This document shows positions 29,483 through 39,349 of a stretch of DNA of 64,000 nucleotides, one piece after another. Origin of the DNA: an uncultured Clostridiaceae bacterium (GTDB lineage: Bacteria > Bacillota > Clostridia > TANB77 > CAG-508). Made by a program: the position numbers and the translations under genes. The stretch is from contig CAOJCG010000002.1 of NCBI GenBank assembly GCA_948356915.1, positions 128,484 through 192,483 of the forward strand. The letters run 5' to 3'. The first letter of the stretch is position 1; every line of letters starts with the position of its first letter. The notes under the pieces were generated by a model. That model did no database searches. It had not been told where the DNA came from and was given only the letters and a program-made list of their open reading frames with translations.

Positions 29483-29494
29483 AAATAACCCCTC

Positions 29495-31273
29495 CTATTT
29501 CATTTTGGCTAACTTTATTATTATTTCATTTAGCATTTTTTCTAATTCGCTACTTTCTTCTTTGCTTAAGTCTTTACTTTCTAGCCTTTTTACTATTTCA
29601 TTTCTTTGCTTTAGTATATTTTCCCTTGTATATATATTTATTAAGTCTGCTATACATTTATTAATTTCTGTAATTTCAAAGTCATATGCTAGTATCCATG
29701 AAAGATAATTTATAGTTTGTTCATCTTCAAACCAATCTATTACATTACTTATATTACTATTTCCTTTTTCTAATTCTTCATACAGCTTTTTTACTATATT
29801 TTGGTTTTGCAAGCTTTTGAAGTCTGATATTCCTATATTTTTTCTAATTATGTTATAACTTTTTTCAGGATAATTAATTAATAAATATATAACTAACTTT
29901 TCCCTTTTGTCTGTTTGTTCATCTATAATATTATTTTCTTTTACTTCTAATTTTGGCTTTGCTCTTTCTAATATTTTAGTTCCTTTATTATTTGTATTTT
30001 CTAATTTATTTATTTCTGCATAAATGGCTTCTTTTGAAATAGTATATTCTTTTGCTATTTTGTCTATATATACTTCTTTTTCAATATCATTTTCTATTTT
30101 TGATAATACTTTCGCTATTTCTTTTAAAAACTTGATTTTGTCATTCGCTATTTCTAAATTTAAGTTTTTACTTAAGGTTTTTACTTTATATTCTACTAAT
30201 GATATTGCTTTTTCTACTTGTTTTTCAAACCTTTCTGGTCCATATTTTACTACAAATTCATCTGGGTCTTTCGCTCCTTCTATTTGAAGTACCCTAACAT
30301 CACACCCTAAACTTTGCAAAATGTCTAAACCTCTTTGAGTTGCAGCTTGTCCTGCTCCATCGGAATCATACCCTATTATTATTTGTTCACTACTTTTCCT
30401 TAAAAGCCTTCCTTGTGATTCTGTCATTGCTGTTCCTAGTGATGCAACTGCATTATGAATTCCTCTTTGGTGTAGTGATACTGCATCCATATAGCCTTCT
30501 ACTATAATTATTTTTTTGGTTTCATATTTTTTTGCAACATTTAAACCATATAGATGTCTACCTTTACTATATACTATGTTTTCTGGCGAATTTATATATT
30601 TTGGTTTACTATCATCTAATACTCTTCCTCCAAATGCTATTACTCTTCCTCTTACATCTTGTATTGGAAACATGAGCCTTTTTCTAAACCTATCTATATA
30701 TTTACCTTCTGGTGTTTTATTTACTAAACTTGAAGCGAGTATTTCCTCTTCTGTATAGCCTTTTTGCTTTAATAGCATATATAGCTCATTGAAATTACCT
30801 GAATACCCTATTAAGAAACTTTTTAATGTGTTATTGTCTAATTTTCTTTTTTTCACATATTCTTGTGCTAGCTTAGCAGTAGGCTTATATAAGTTTTCAT
30901 GGTAGAATTCTGCTGCACATTTATTTATTTCGTATACCTTTGATTTCAATGCTAGTAGTTTACTGTCCCCATCATTTTCTAACATTGGAAGTTCTACTCC
31001 TGCTTTATCTGCTAGAGTTTCTAATGATTCTTTAAAACTTATATTTTCTATTTTGCTTACAAAGTGAAATACATTTCCTCCTACTCCACAACCAAAACAG
31101 TGAAATATTTGTTTATCTGGTGATACAGAAAAAGAAGGTGATTTTTCTTTATGAAATGGGCATAACCCAAAAAAGTTTCTACCGCTTCTTTTTAATACTA
31201 CATATTGTGATATGATATCAACTATATCATTTTTATTTTTAATTTCATCAATTAATTCATCACTATATCGCAC
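29495..31273 (-). CDS. dnaG: DNA primase.
   Basis: Zinc ribbon CPFHKEKSPSF...CFGCG, TOPRIM domain; the gene lies upstream of sigA. Confidence 0.9.
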   Translation of the reverse strand: MRYSDELIDEIKNKNDIVDIISQYVVLKRSGRNFFGLCPFHKEKSPSFSVSPDKQIFHCFGCGVGGNVFHFVSKIENISFKESLETLADKAGVELPMLENDGDSKLLALKSKVYEINKCAAEFYHENLYKPTAKLAQEYVKKRKLDNNTLKSFLIGYSGNFNELYMLLKQKGYTEEEILASSLVNKTPEGKYIDRFRKRLMFPIQDVRGRVIAFGGRVLDDSKPKYINSPENIVYSKGRHLYGLNVAKKYETKKIIIVEGYMDAVSLHQRGIHNAVASLGTAMTESQGRLLRKSSEQIIIGYDSDGAGQAATQRGLDILQSLGCDVRVLQIEGAKDPDEFVVKYGPERFEKQVEKAISLVEYKVKTLSKNLNLEIANDKIKFLKEIAKVLSKIENDIEKEVYIDKIAKEYTISKEAIYAEINKLENTNNKGTKILERAKPKLEVKENNIIDEQTDKREKLVIYLLINYPEKSYNIIRKNIGISDFKSLQNQNIVKKLYEELEKGNSNISNVIDWFEDEQTINYLSWILAYDFEITEINKCIADLINIYTRENILKQRNEIVKRLESKDLSKEESSELEKMLNEIIIKLAKMK

Positions 31274-31399
31274 TTAATCCTCTCTACCTTTCTATTCCAT
31301 ATTTATATTATTCGACAGAATATACATAAATCCTTCTTTTTGTGATTTTATTTTATGTAATCTGTAATTTTAGTGTTCACAATTATTATTTAATATAGA

Positions 31400-31546
31400 T
31401 GTAGGGGCGATTTTAAAATTAATTTCTCCTATGCAACAATAATGCTGTTTTTTTTTGGGGCTATATGAGTCGCCGATGGTGGCTATTTCTACAATGTGAA
31501 ATGTATTTTCAAAAATTGATTTTTCATATTTTATAAATCCCCTACA
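31400..31546. mobile_element. 147-bp MITE-like element with terminal inverted repeats tgtaggggcgattt / aaatcccctaca. It carries the family core aaattgatttttcatat.
   Basis: The inverted repeats are read directly from the sequence. The internal unit is shared with the CCCCTACA repeat family. Confidence 0.5.
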
Positions 31547-31617
31547 ATTCTAATTAAACATCACACATAATACAGAAGACGACTTTTTCTAGCCGTCTTC
31601 TGTATTATGTGCTTATT

Positions 31618-32190
31618 TTATACGTTTGCTGTTCCATCAAATGGAATAAATTTTTTAACTATATCTTTTCCTATTTGTGTATTTTCTTCTATTGGTGTTT
31701 TATATTCTTCAAATGACATTGTTATTTTATTTTCTACTAGTTGTTCTACTTCTTCTTGTGATGCATGTTCTGCTAATACTAATTCACTTACTAATATTTG
31801 TTTAGCATTTCCTAGCATTTTCTTTTCTCCTGTAGATAGACCTTTTTCTTTTTGTTTAAAGCTTAAGTTTCTAACTACGTCTGCAATTTCATATATGTCT
31901 CCACTTTTCATTTTTTCCATGTTGTCTCTATATCTTTTGTTCCAGTTATTTGACATTTCAGTTTCGTTTTCTTCTAATATTTGGAACACTTTTCCTGCGT
32001 TTTCTTTATTTATTATATTTCTTACTCCAATTTCTTCTGCCTTTGCAGTTGGAACCATAACTTTTACTTCCCCTGGCATTTTTATTATGTAATAGGCTTG
32101 TCTTTCACCTAATATATCTTTTTCTTCTATTGCATCTATTGTTCCTGCACCATGCATAGGGTACACTATTTTATCTCCTACATTAAACAT
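31618..32190 (-). CDS. CarD/CdnL-family RNAP-binding transcription regulator.
   Basis: The N-terminus FNVGDKIVYPMHGAGTIDAIEEKDILGE matches the CarD_CdnL_TRCF domain. Confidence 0.8.
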   Translation of the reverse strand: MFNVGDKIVYPMHGAGTIDAIEEKDILGERQAYYIIKMPGEVKVMVPTAKAEEIGVRNIINKENAGKVFQILEENETEMSNNWNKRYRDNMEKMKSGDIYEIADVVRNLSFKQKEKGLSTGEKKMLGNAKQILVSELVLAEHASQEEVEQLVENKITMSFEEYKTPIEENTQIGKDIVKKFIPFDGTANV

Positions 32191-32423
32191 TTAAAGTAAC
32201 ACTCCTTTCAACGTAAATATTTTTTTATGTGTAAGTTAAGAAAGGTTTCGATTCTCTTTTTCAACCACTGACATTATTATACTACATTTTTTGGTAAAAG
32301 TCAAAAGATTTTCCAATATTTTTTGTAAAAATTTTATGGTAATTTTGAAACCTTATATTACACGTCTCTTTAGTGTTTTAATATCCCCTATCACTGTTTC
32401 TTTACTTTTTTCTCTTATGTTTT

Positions 32424-33086
32424 TTATTTTTCTTTTGCCCATATTACAAGCCTTTTTGTGCTGTCACTGGTACATGTTGATAATGAAATTTCCCTTTTTT
32501 CATTTGTTTGTCTTGTTGCATATGAGAAGTCACTATCTTCTGCTATGTACTTATTATATATTTCATATTCTATTGTAGTTCCTAGCTCATCTGTTATACA
32601 TATTGTATCTCCATTTTGTAATTTTTTGTTATTTCCAAAAAAGCCTCCATTTCTATAATTATGTCCTACTATTACCGTATTTCCCTCTTTATTTAACCCT
32701 GCTCCATATAGCATTACTATTGCAGTGTCCATAGCTGAAGGACTAGTAGAATCTACTATTGGATAACTTACCTTTGTTTTTGGTATTTTTATTGTTCCTA
32801 TCATATTATAGCCTTTATATTTTTTTGTCACTTTATTTTGCGGTTTAGTTTCTACTGTATTTGATGGTGATTGATTATTTTCTTCTTGGCTATTTGTATT
32901 TTCTTCTCCAATTTCTATTGTAATAATATTTTGAACTTCATTTTCAAATTCTTCTACTACTTTTGCAGCTTCTTTTGCATTAATATAATTGGATATATAG
33001 TTATATGCTATATATCCTAATAACGCTAATGTTAATGTTATTACTATTATTAATAATATTGTAAAAAATTTTCTTCCTTTATCCAT
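32424..33086 (-). CDS. Sortase-family transpeptidase, paralog 1.
   Basis: N-terminal TM, VGHN His, LSTC Cys motif, and a downstream conserved Arg (RLVIWA). Confidence 0.65.
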   Translation of the reverse strand: MDKGRKFFTILLIIVITLTLALLGYIAYNYISNYINAKEAAKVVEEFENEVQNIITIEIGEENTNSQEENNQSPSNTVETKPQNKVTKKYKGYNMIGTIKIPKTKVSYPIVDSTSPSAMDTAIVMLYGAGLNKEGNTVIVGHNYRNGGFFGNNKKLQNGDTICITDELGTTIEYEIYNKYIAEDSDFSYATRQTNEKREISLSTCTSDSTKRLVIWAKEK

Positions 33087-33109
33087 TCTTTACCTCATAT
33101 TTACCTATT

Positions 33110-33793
33110 CTAATTTGCTTTTGCACAAATAACTAATCTGTTTTTTGTATCATCTGTACAGGTTACTAGTGTTATTTCTTTTTGACCATTAGTATCTCTT
33201 TCCATATAGCTTGAATCTCCTGTTGATGTTGTATATATATCATATATTGTATATTCTAACCTTGTTCCTGTTTTGTCTGTAATGTATATTTTATCTCCAT
33301 TTGCTAGGTTTTTATTGTTTGAAAAGAAGGTTCCGTTTCTATAATTATGACCTATTATTATTGTATTTCCTACTTTATTTAATCCTGGTCCTCCATTTAC
33401 TGCTACTGAAACTTCTATTGCATCTTTACTTCCTTGTGCTAAAACAACATATTTTAAATTTGTTTTTGGTATTTCTATTACTCCTGCCTTTTCAAAACCT
33501 TTGTATGTATCAGTGTTTCCTGAATTTGAAGTTCCATCAGAAACTATATTTTCAACTTGTATATTAAGTTCTACATTTGTTTGTGTATTTGAATTTTGTT
33601 CATTTTTTATAACATTATTTTTTTGTGGGTCATTTACTTCATTTATAAATTTATTTGCTTCATTTAAAGCTTCATTATTTGTATTTACACTTTTTATATA
33701 ATCTATTGTAAAAAATACAAGTGCTCCTATAACTATTATTATTAATATTACTAAACCTATTGTAAGTGTTTTACCATATTTACTTTCAAACAT
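33110..33793 (-). CDS. Sortase-family transpeptidase, paralog 2.
   Basis: IIGHNYRNG, TLVTC and RLVICA. Confidence 0.65.
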   Translation of the reverse strand: MFESKYGKTLTIGLVILIIIVIGALVFFTIDYIKSVNTNNEALNEANKFINEVNDPQKNNVIKNEQNSNTQTNVELNIQVENIVSDGTSNSGNTDTYKGFEKAGVIEIPKTNLKYVVLAQGSKDAIEVSVAVNGGPGLNKVGNTIIIGHNYRNGTFFSNNKNLANGDKIYITDKTGTRLEYTIYDIYTTSTGDSSYMERDTNGQKEITLVTCTDDTKNRLVICAKAN

Positions 33794-33896
33794 AATTACT
33801 CCTCCTTTATTTTTTACACCTATATTAATTATAACATAAAAAAAAGCTTTTTTCTACTAAAAAAGCTTTTTTATGTTATTTAATTTGAATATTTTT

Positions 33897-35201
33897 TTAT
33901 TTCATTATTTTTGCTATTAAGTCATAATTATTTGCACTTATTATTTTACATTTTACAAATTTACCTTCTAATGCTTCATCTATCATTTCAATATAAATAA
34001 GCCCGTCTATATCTGGTACATCCATGTAACTTCTTCCTACATAATATTTTCCATCAAAAGTTTTTGTTTCTACTAATACTTCTAATTCTCTTCCAATTAA
34101 TTTTTTTTGCTTTTCTATAGCTATTTGTTGTTGCAGGCTCATGATTTTGTTATACCTACTCTTTTTGGTATTTGTGTGAATTTGATTTGGAAGTTTCTCT
34201 GCTGGTGTTCCTGCTTCTTTTGAATAGCTAAATGCCCCTAACCTATCAAATTTTGTTTCTCTTATAAAATTATATAGTTCTTCAAAATCTTCCTTTGTTT
34301 CCCCTGGGAAACCTACCATTACTGTTGTTCTTATTACTACATTTGGTATTTCTTTTCTTAGTTTTTTTATGACTTTTCGTATGCTTTCGCCATTGCTTTT
34401 TCTATTCATTCTTTTTAGAACACTATCAGATATATGTTGAATTGGTATGTCAAAGTATTTACATATTTTATCTTCTTTTTTTACTACTTCTATTAATTCA
34501 TCTGTTATTGTTTCTGGGTATGAATATAAAAATCTTATCCATTTTATTCCATCTATTTTACATAGTTCTTGTAATAGTTCTGCTAAACGTGGCTTTCCAT
34601 ATATGTCTGTTCCATATTTTGTTGTGTCTTGTGCTATTACTATTAATTCTTGTGAGCCTTCTTTAGCTAGCTTTTTTGCTTCTTCTAATACATCTTCTAT
34701 TGTTCTACTTATAAATTTCCCTCTTATTTTTGGAATTGCACAATATGTGCAAAAGTTACTACATCCTTCTGCTATTCTTAGGTATGCAAAGTTTTCTCCT
34801 GTTGTTATTATTCTGTCTAAGAAATTTAAGCTTTTTACTTTTGTTACTTCTGGCTTTATAACTTTTTCTATTTGCTCCCATATTGTATTATATGAATCAT
34901 ATTTTATCCATAGGTCTACCTCTGGAATTTCTTTTTCAAGTTCTTCTTTAAACCTTTGTACTAAGCAACCCATGACTATTAAATATTTACATCTTTTATT
35001 TTTATATTCTGCCATTTCAAGAATTGTATTTATTGCTTCTTCTTGTGCACTTAAAATGAACCCACATGTATTTATTACTAAAATATCAGCATCTTCTGGG
35101 TTATTTACTATTTTATATTCATTATTTTTAAATAGGCCTATTGTCATTTCTGTATCTACTAAATTTTTACTACAGCCTAAGTGTATAAATCCTACGTTCA
35201 T
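33897..35201 (-). CDS. rimO: Ribosomal protein S12 methylthiotransferase (radical-SAM MiaB/RimO family). The true start is MNVGF at 35201.
   Basis: Cys triad in the MTTase N-terminal domain, radical-SAM CxxxCxxC (CSNFCTYC), a TRAM C-terminus, and an RBS aaaggag. Confidence 0.8.
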   Translation of the reverse strand: MNVGFIHLGCSKNLVDTEMTIGLFKNNEYKIVNNPEDADILVINTCGFILSAQEEAINTILEMAEYKNKRCKYLIVMGCLVQRFKEELEKEIPEVDLWIKYDSYNTIWEQIEKVIKPEVTKVKSLNFLDRIITTGENFAYLRIAEGCSNFCTYCAIPKIRGKFISRTIEDVLEEAKKLAKEGSQELIVIAQDTTKYGTDIYGKPRLAELLQELCKIDGIKWIRFLYSYPETITDELIEVVKKEDKICKYFDIPIQHISDSVLKRMNRKSNGESIRKVIKKLRKEIPNVVIRTTVMVGFPGETKEDFEELYNFIRETKFDRLGAFSYSKEAGTPAEKLPNQIHTNTKKSRYNKIMSLQQQIAIEKQKKLIGRELEVLVETKTFDGKYYVGRSYMDVPDIDGLIYIEMIDEALEGKFVKCKIISANNYDLIAKIMK

Positions 35202-35281
35202 TTTTTGCTCCTTTTCAAAGTAAATGTAAAAAAGGAGTACCAAAAGGGATTTAAGAAACTGACACATCCTTAAAAGATAAA

Positions 35282-35320
35282 GCGTGTCAATTTTCCTCGT
35301 CCCTTTTGACACACTTTATT
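35282..35320. repeat. GTGTCAA...TTGACAC hairpin repeat copy.
   Basis: gcgtgtcaattttcctcgtcccttttgacacac. Confidence 0.55.
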
Positions 35321-35336
35321 ACATTTCCTTATTGTT

Positions 35337-35915
35337 TTACTTAAAATATTGTCCAAAATACTTTTGTACATTCTCTTTAAACATTTCTTCAGTATCATTT
35401 GCAAAGCGTAATACTTTAATGTTCTTAGTTTGTTTTTCAACTTCATCTGCCAGCTTTAAGTATTCTCTTTGTTGCATAATACTGCTTTCTACTTCAAATT
35501 TTTGATATTGATGTTTATCCCTTTTAATTCTTTCTTCATATAAAGATTCATCTTGTAAATATGCCATTACTAAATAGATGTAATATTTATCTGCATTTTT
35601 CATATTATCTAACTTTGATAATAGGCTTTGATATGTTTCATTAAAAGAATAGTTATGATATCCAAGCCTTGAATATACTTCATTTGTGAAAAATGTTCTA
35701 TCAAATATCATATTGATATCTTCACAATTTTCCATATAATTAAGTAGTTTCTCATACTTTATTTTAATTTTTTTTAGGCCTGTCTCTCCTCTATCTTTTA
35801 TTCCAGATAAAGCATGTAAATCCGTCGCTGGCATATGTTCTCTTAGATATCTTGTAAATGTTGTTTTTCCTACTCCTTGTGGTCCTTCTACAATAATAAT
35901 GACATCATTTTTCAT
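35337..35915 (-). CDS. P-loop NTPase, putative nucleotide/nucleoside kinase.
   Basis: Walker A GPQGVGKTT. Confidence 0.45.
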   Translation of the reverse strand: MKNDVIIIVEGPQGVGKTTFTRYLREHMPATDLHALSGIKDRGETGLKKIKIKYEKLLNYMENCEDINMIFDRTFFTNEVYSRLGYHNYSFNETYQSLLSKLDNMKNADKYYIYLVMAYLQDESLYEERIKRDKHQYQKFEVESSIMQQREYLKLADEVEKQTKNIKVLRFANDTEEMFKENVQKYFGQYFK

Positions 35916-36080
35916 AAGACATATCCTCCAAATTAAAAGTTTTTATTATTTACATTTTTCTTATTCGCAATTATACTATTTTTTTAGGTATTTGTAAATA
36001 TTTTAGACGTAAGTTTTTATAATTTCAAATATAATTGTAAGGCTTTGATAATGTACATAAAAAATTTTTAGATTATTAAT

Positions 36081-36200
36081 TTACAAGTATTGGAAAATAT
36101 TGTATATTATATTTAGCAATAAAAATTTCTTTAAAAAAGTGGTTCAGGATGAAATGAACTCCCCTAGTCTATCCACTAGGGGAGTTTCCTTATTTCTCAA
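36081..36200 (+). ncRNA. Type I TA-like module, copy D (sRNA-only). It has a promoter (TTACAA-N16-TATATT) and ~85-nt of hairpin sRNA. Its terminator abuts the 3' end of lipoprotein gene 36228..36734.
   Basis: Homologous to the modules at 39.0, 42.2 and 43.2 kb. Hairpin gaactcccctagtctatccactaggggagtttcc. Confidence 0.4.
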
Positions 36201-36227
36201 GTTCTTTAAGTATTAACTAAATAATTA

Positions 36228-36734
36228 TTACTTTAATTCTCTAAAAGTTACCATATAAAAATCGCCATTAGTATAGCCTCCAGTATTCATAGAAGTACTT
36301 ATTCCGAGAACTTCATTGTTGTTTCCATCAAAATTTGTTAGAAATCTAAGATATTCTTTCTCACTTCTTGTTCTAAATATTGAAACTTTACCAGTGACTC
36401 TCACATCTTCTCTAGGCTCGTCTAACTTTTTATAGGTTACCATATAAAAATCATCACTGGTGTAACCTCCAGTATTCATACAAGTAGTCACTCCAAGGAT
36501 CTCATTATTCCTTTCGTCAAAATTTTCTAAAAAAGTTATATACTCTTCTACTTTTCTTGTTTCATATACTGATACATTACTATATTCTTCTACTTTGGAC
36601 ACTTGAGCTTTGGTTTTCGCTTGTGTTCCTTCATTAGGAAGTGTAATAATTTCACTTCCTAATGAATCGCTACAGCTAGCCAAAATTAGCATAAAAAAGC
36701 ATACTAAAGTAATTGTGATAATCCGTTTTCTCAT
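36228..36734 (-). CDS. Lipoprotein with an internally duplicated ~55-aa domain.
   Basis: Lipobox LASC, and two repeats ...FL(E/T)NFD(E/G)(R/N)NNE(I/V)LG(V/I)(T/S)T(C/S)MNTGGYT..DFYMVT(Y/F). Confidence 0.6.
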   Translation of the reverse strand: MRKRIITITLVCFFMLILASCSDSLGSEIITLPNEGTQAKTKAQVSKVEEYSNVSVYETRKVEEYITFLENFDERNNEILGVTTCMNTGGYTSDDFYMVTYKKLDEPREDVRVTGKVSIFRTRSEKEYLRFLTNFDGNNNEVLGISTSMNTGGYTNGDFYMVTFRELK

Positions 36735-36986
36735 AAAAATATTCCTCCTTATAATTATTATACGAGAATTAACTGTTACATACTATTTTAAATAGTTATA
36801 AAATATACTTATATTATATATTAGTTTTACATAAATTGCAAGTAATTTTTATTCAAAATAGAATAAAAGATGACTTTTCTACACTGGCGAGCGATACTTG
36901 CTCCCTGCAACCCCAACTTAAAATAACTTACTTTACTAGTATAAAAAAATCCATTAGTGCTGTTGCACTAATGGATTTTTTATATA

Positions 36987-37751
36987 CTAAAAAAGAAATC
37001 TCTCTAACGTTTGTGCTATTTCCTTCTTAGTTTCGCATTCTGCTGTGATTCCTTTTTCATTTATAATCATAGCCCAGTGTTTGCCATTTCCTATTTTTGC
37101 TAAGTCATTTGCTACTATATAGTCTGCCTTATTTTTTTGCCTTAGTTTTGAAGCTACATCGTAAAGTTCTTCTTTGCTTACTCCTTCTAAAAGCTTAAAC
37201 CCTACTAAAGTTACTTCTGGTGCCATTTGCTTTATTTTACTAATTACTTTTGGCGTTAATGTTAGCATTGTCATAAGGTGTGGCTCATAGGATGAAATTT
37301 TTGTTGTATTATTGCATACAGTTTCAGGATTTTCAAAAATGCTCATAAGCATTTCTTTTGTAATTTGTTCCTTACTTTTTGCATTTTGTACTTTCTCCCA
37401 AATTTCGTCAACTAATTCTTCTGCCCTTATAGCATATTTACCTGCATAGTCTCCTACTGCTGCTGAGTGAATTATTATATCAATTTTTTTTGTAGCAAAA
37501 ATTTCTTCTAGTGCCTCAATTAAGTCTTGTGTTGACTCAACTGTTATAAATTGTATCTTTTCACTCTTTACTTTAGGCTTATAAGACATCTTTGTTGAAA
37601 TATAATAAATTGTTTCAATTTCTTCATTTCTTTCTTCTAAAAATGTGTCTGCTACAGCTGCTCCTAATGCTCCTGTTGACATATTTGTTATTTTCATAAC
37701 AGCATCAATCTTTTCATTTGTTGGACCACTTGTAATAATGATATTCTTCAT
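36987..37751 (-). CDS. coaB: Phosphopantothenate--cysteine ligase (stand-alone CoaB).
   Basis: ITSGPTNEKIDAVMKITNMSTGALG matches the DFP/CoaB N-terminal motif. Confidence 0.75.
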   Translation of the reverse strand: MKNIIITSGPTNEKIDAVMKITNMSTGALGAAVADTFLEERNEEIETIYYISTKMSYKPKVKSEKIQFITVESTQDLIEALEEIFATKKIDIIIHSAAVGDYAGKYAIRAEELVDEIWEKVQNAKSKEQITKEMLMSIFENPETVCNNTTKISSYEPHLMTMLTLTPKVISKIKQMAPEVTLVGFKLLEGVSKEELYDVASKLRQKNKADYIVANDLAKIGNGKHWAMIINEKGITAECETKKEIAQTLERFLF

Positions 37752-37828
37752 ATTTTTTCCCTCCTATAATTTTTCTACTATAATGTTTTTTGGGTTACTT
37801 GAATACTTATCACTTCTTCCAAATATGC

Positions 37829-38050
37829 TTAATACAAATATGTCATTTCTGGAAATAAAGATATGTCTGGCTTACGCTTTTCTATTATAGAAAATGCTGC
37901 TTCTAATTGTGAATTAACCTCTTTTGTTTCAATTATATATTCGTCTACACTATTGCAGTCTAAATTAACCTTTAATTGAAACATACATACTGATAAATAA
38001 TCATCTACCCGCATATTTTTTATGCTCCTTTCTTCTTTTGATATTTGCAT
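37829..38050 (-). pseudogene. Possible N-terminal fragment of a carbon-nitrogen hydrolase (ends ...ISLFPEMTYLY*). The rest is absent.
   Basis: The LFPE catalytic-Glu motif sits at the correct distance from the start. There is no downstream continuation in any frame. Confidence 0.3.
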
Positions 38051-38130
38051 TATAATTTATTTTTTGATATAATTCAAATATATATTATTTATATTTATTA
38101 TAACTGGAGGTTATATGATGAATATTAATT

Positions 38131-39006
38131 ATGAATCCTATAAAATATTTTATACTGTTGCTCTTTATCGGAAGTATTACTAAAGCTGCTAATTCACTAT
38201 ATATTTCTCAGCCTGCTATTACTAAAACGATAAAGAAATTAGAAACTGAACTTGGAATTACTTTATTTAATAGAGGGCCTAAAGGGGTAGTTTTAACTCA
38301 AAATGGTAAAATTTTTTATGAATTTATCAAAAATGGAGTTGAGAGTTTTATTAATGGTGAGCATAAGCTTACTTCTTTAAAAAACCTAGAAACTGGTACA
38401 ATAAGGATTGGTGCAAGTACTACAATAACAAAATATTTCTTACTTCCTTTTATTGAAAAATTTCACAATCAGTTTCCTAATATTGATATTTCTATTACTA
38501 ATAGTTTAACTAATCGATTAATAGCTGATTTAAAAAAAGGAAGTCTTGACCTTCTAGTAGTTAACCTTCCTACTCAAAATGATGACACTCTAATTATTAC
38601 TCCTTGTGCTACTTTGCAAGATTGTTTTGCTGGTAATTTAAGTTATAAGAAAAAAATTTTAAAAGAAATATCACTTGAAGATTTGGTAACAAATTTTCCT
38701 ATTATTACTCAAAAGGAACCTTCTAATACAAGAGCATTTTTAAACTCTTTAATGGAAAAAAATAATATTTCTTTTCATCCTAAATTTGATATTGTAAGTT
38801 ATGCATTAGTAAAGGATTTTGCTAAAATTGGTATGGGGATTTCTTATATTACAAAGGAATTTGCTAAAGATGAATTAGAAAATGAGCTTCTTTTTGAAAT
38901 TCCTATAAAGGAAAAAATTCCAAAGAGAAGTTTAGGTATTGTTTTACCTAAAAATACTATTACAAGTTTTGCTACGGAGAAGTTTATTGAATTAATTACA
39001 AATTAA
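38131..39006 (+). CDS. LysR-family transcriptional regulator.
   Basis: N-terminal HTH (ANSLYISQPAITKTIKKLE) and a LysR substrate-binding domain. Confidence 0.85.
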   Translation: MNPIKYFILLLFIGSITKAANSLYISQPAITKTIKKLETELGITLFNRGPKGVVLTQNGKIFYEFIKNGVESFINGEHKLTSLKNLETGTIRIGASTTITKYFLLPFIEKFHNQFPNIDISITNSLTNRLIADLKKGSLDLLVVNLPTQNDDTLIITPCATLQDCFAGNLSYKKKILKEISLEDLVTNFPIITQKEPSNTRAFLNSLMEKNNISFHPKFDIVSYALVKDFAKIGMGISYITKEFAKDELENELLFEIPIKEKIPKRSLGIVLPKNTITSFATEKFIELITN

Positions 39007-39030
39007 TATTAAAACTATTCTTATTTTTTA

Positions 39031-39303
39031 TTGACAAAAGTTGGAAAATATTGTATATTATATTTAGCAATGAAAATTGCTTTAAAAAAGTTGTTCATGG
39101 CGAAATGAAATCCCTTAGTGTGTGCGTACACTAAGGGATTTTCCTTATTTGTCAAAATCTTTTAGTATTAAGTAAATAATTGTTAATGCTATTATCTTTA
39201 GTATTCTATCATGGCGATTACCTCCTTTCTACCTTTTAGGTAAAAGGTGTCTTCATTATACATTATGTATATTTATTTTTCTAGAGCTTCGACAAAACTT
39301 CTT
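39031..39303. repeat. Type I TA-like module, copy C. The promoter (TTGACA-N17-TATATT) and sRNA (about 39066-39150, +) are intact. The peptide gene (39145..39212, -) is frameshifted by a 1-nt loss and lacks an in-frame start.
   Basis: Aligned with copies A and B. The RBS cctcc is retained. Confidence 0.45.
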
Positions 39304-39349
39304 ATTATATGGCATTTATTCTTATTTTTTGCAATTATAATTTCTTTAA

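Noticed and set aside
33897-35312. Extended RimO start at 35312 (MSKGTRKIDT...)
   Set aside because: The extension overlaps the GTGTCAA hairpin repeat and lacks an RBS. The internal MNVGF start has an aaaggag SD and matches the RimO N-terminus.
37829-38050. Intact small gene
   Set aside because: Only the first ~70 aa resemble a carbon-nitrogen hydrolase N-terminus (LFPE), and no continuation exists downstream. It is treated as a low-confidence gene fragment.
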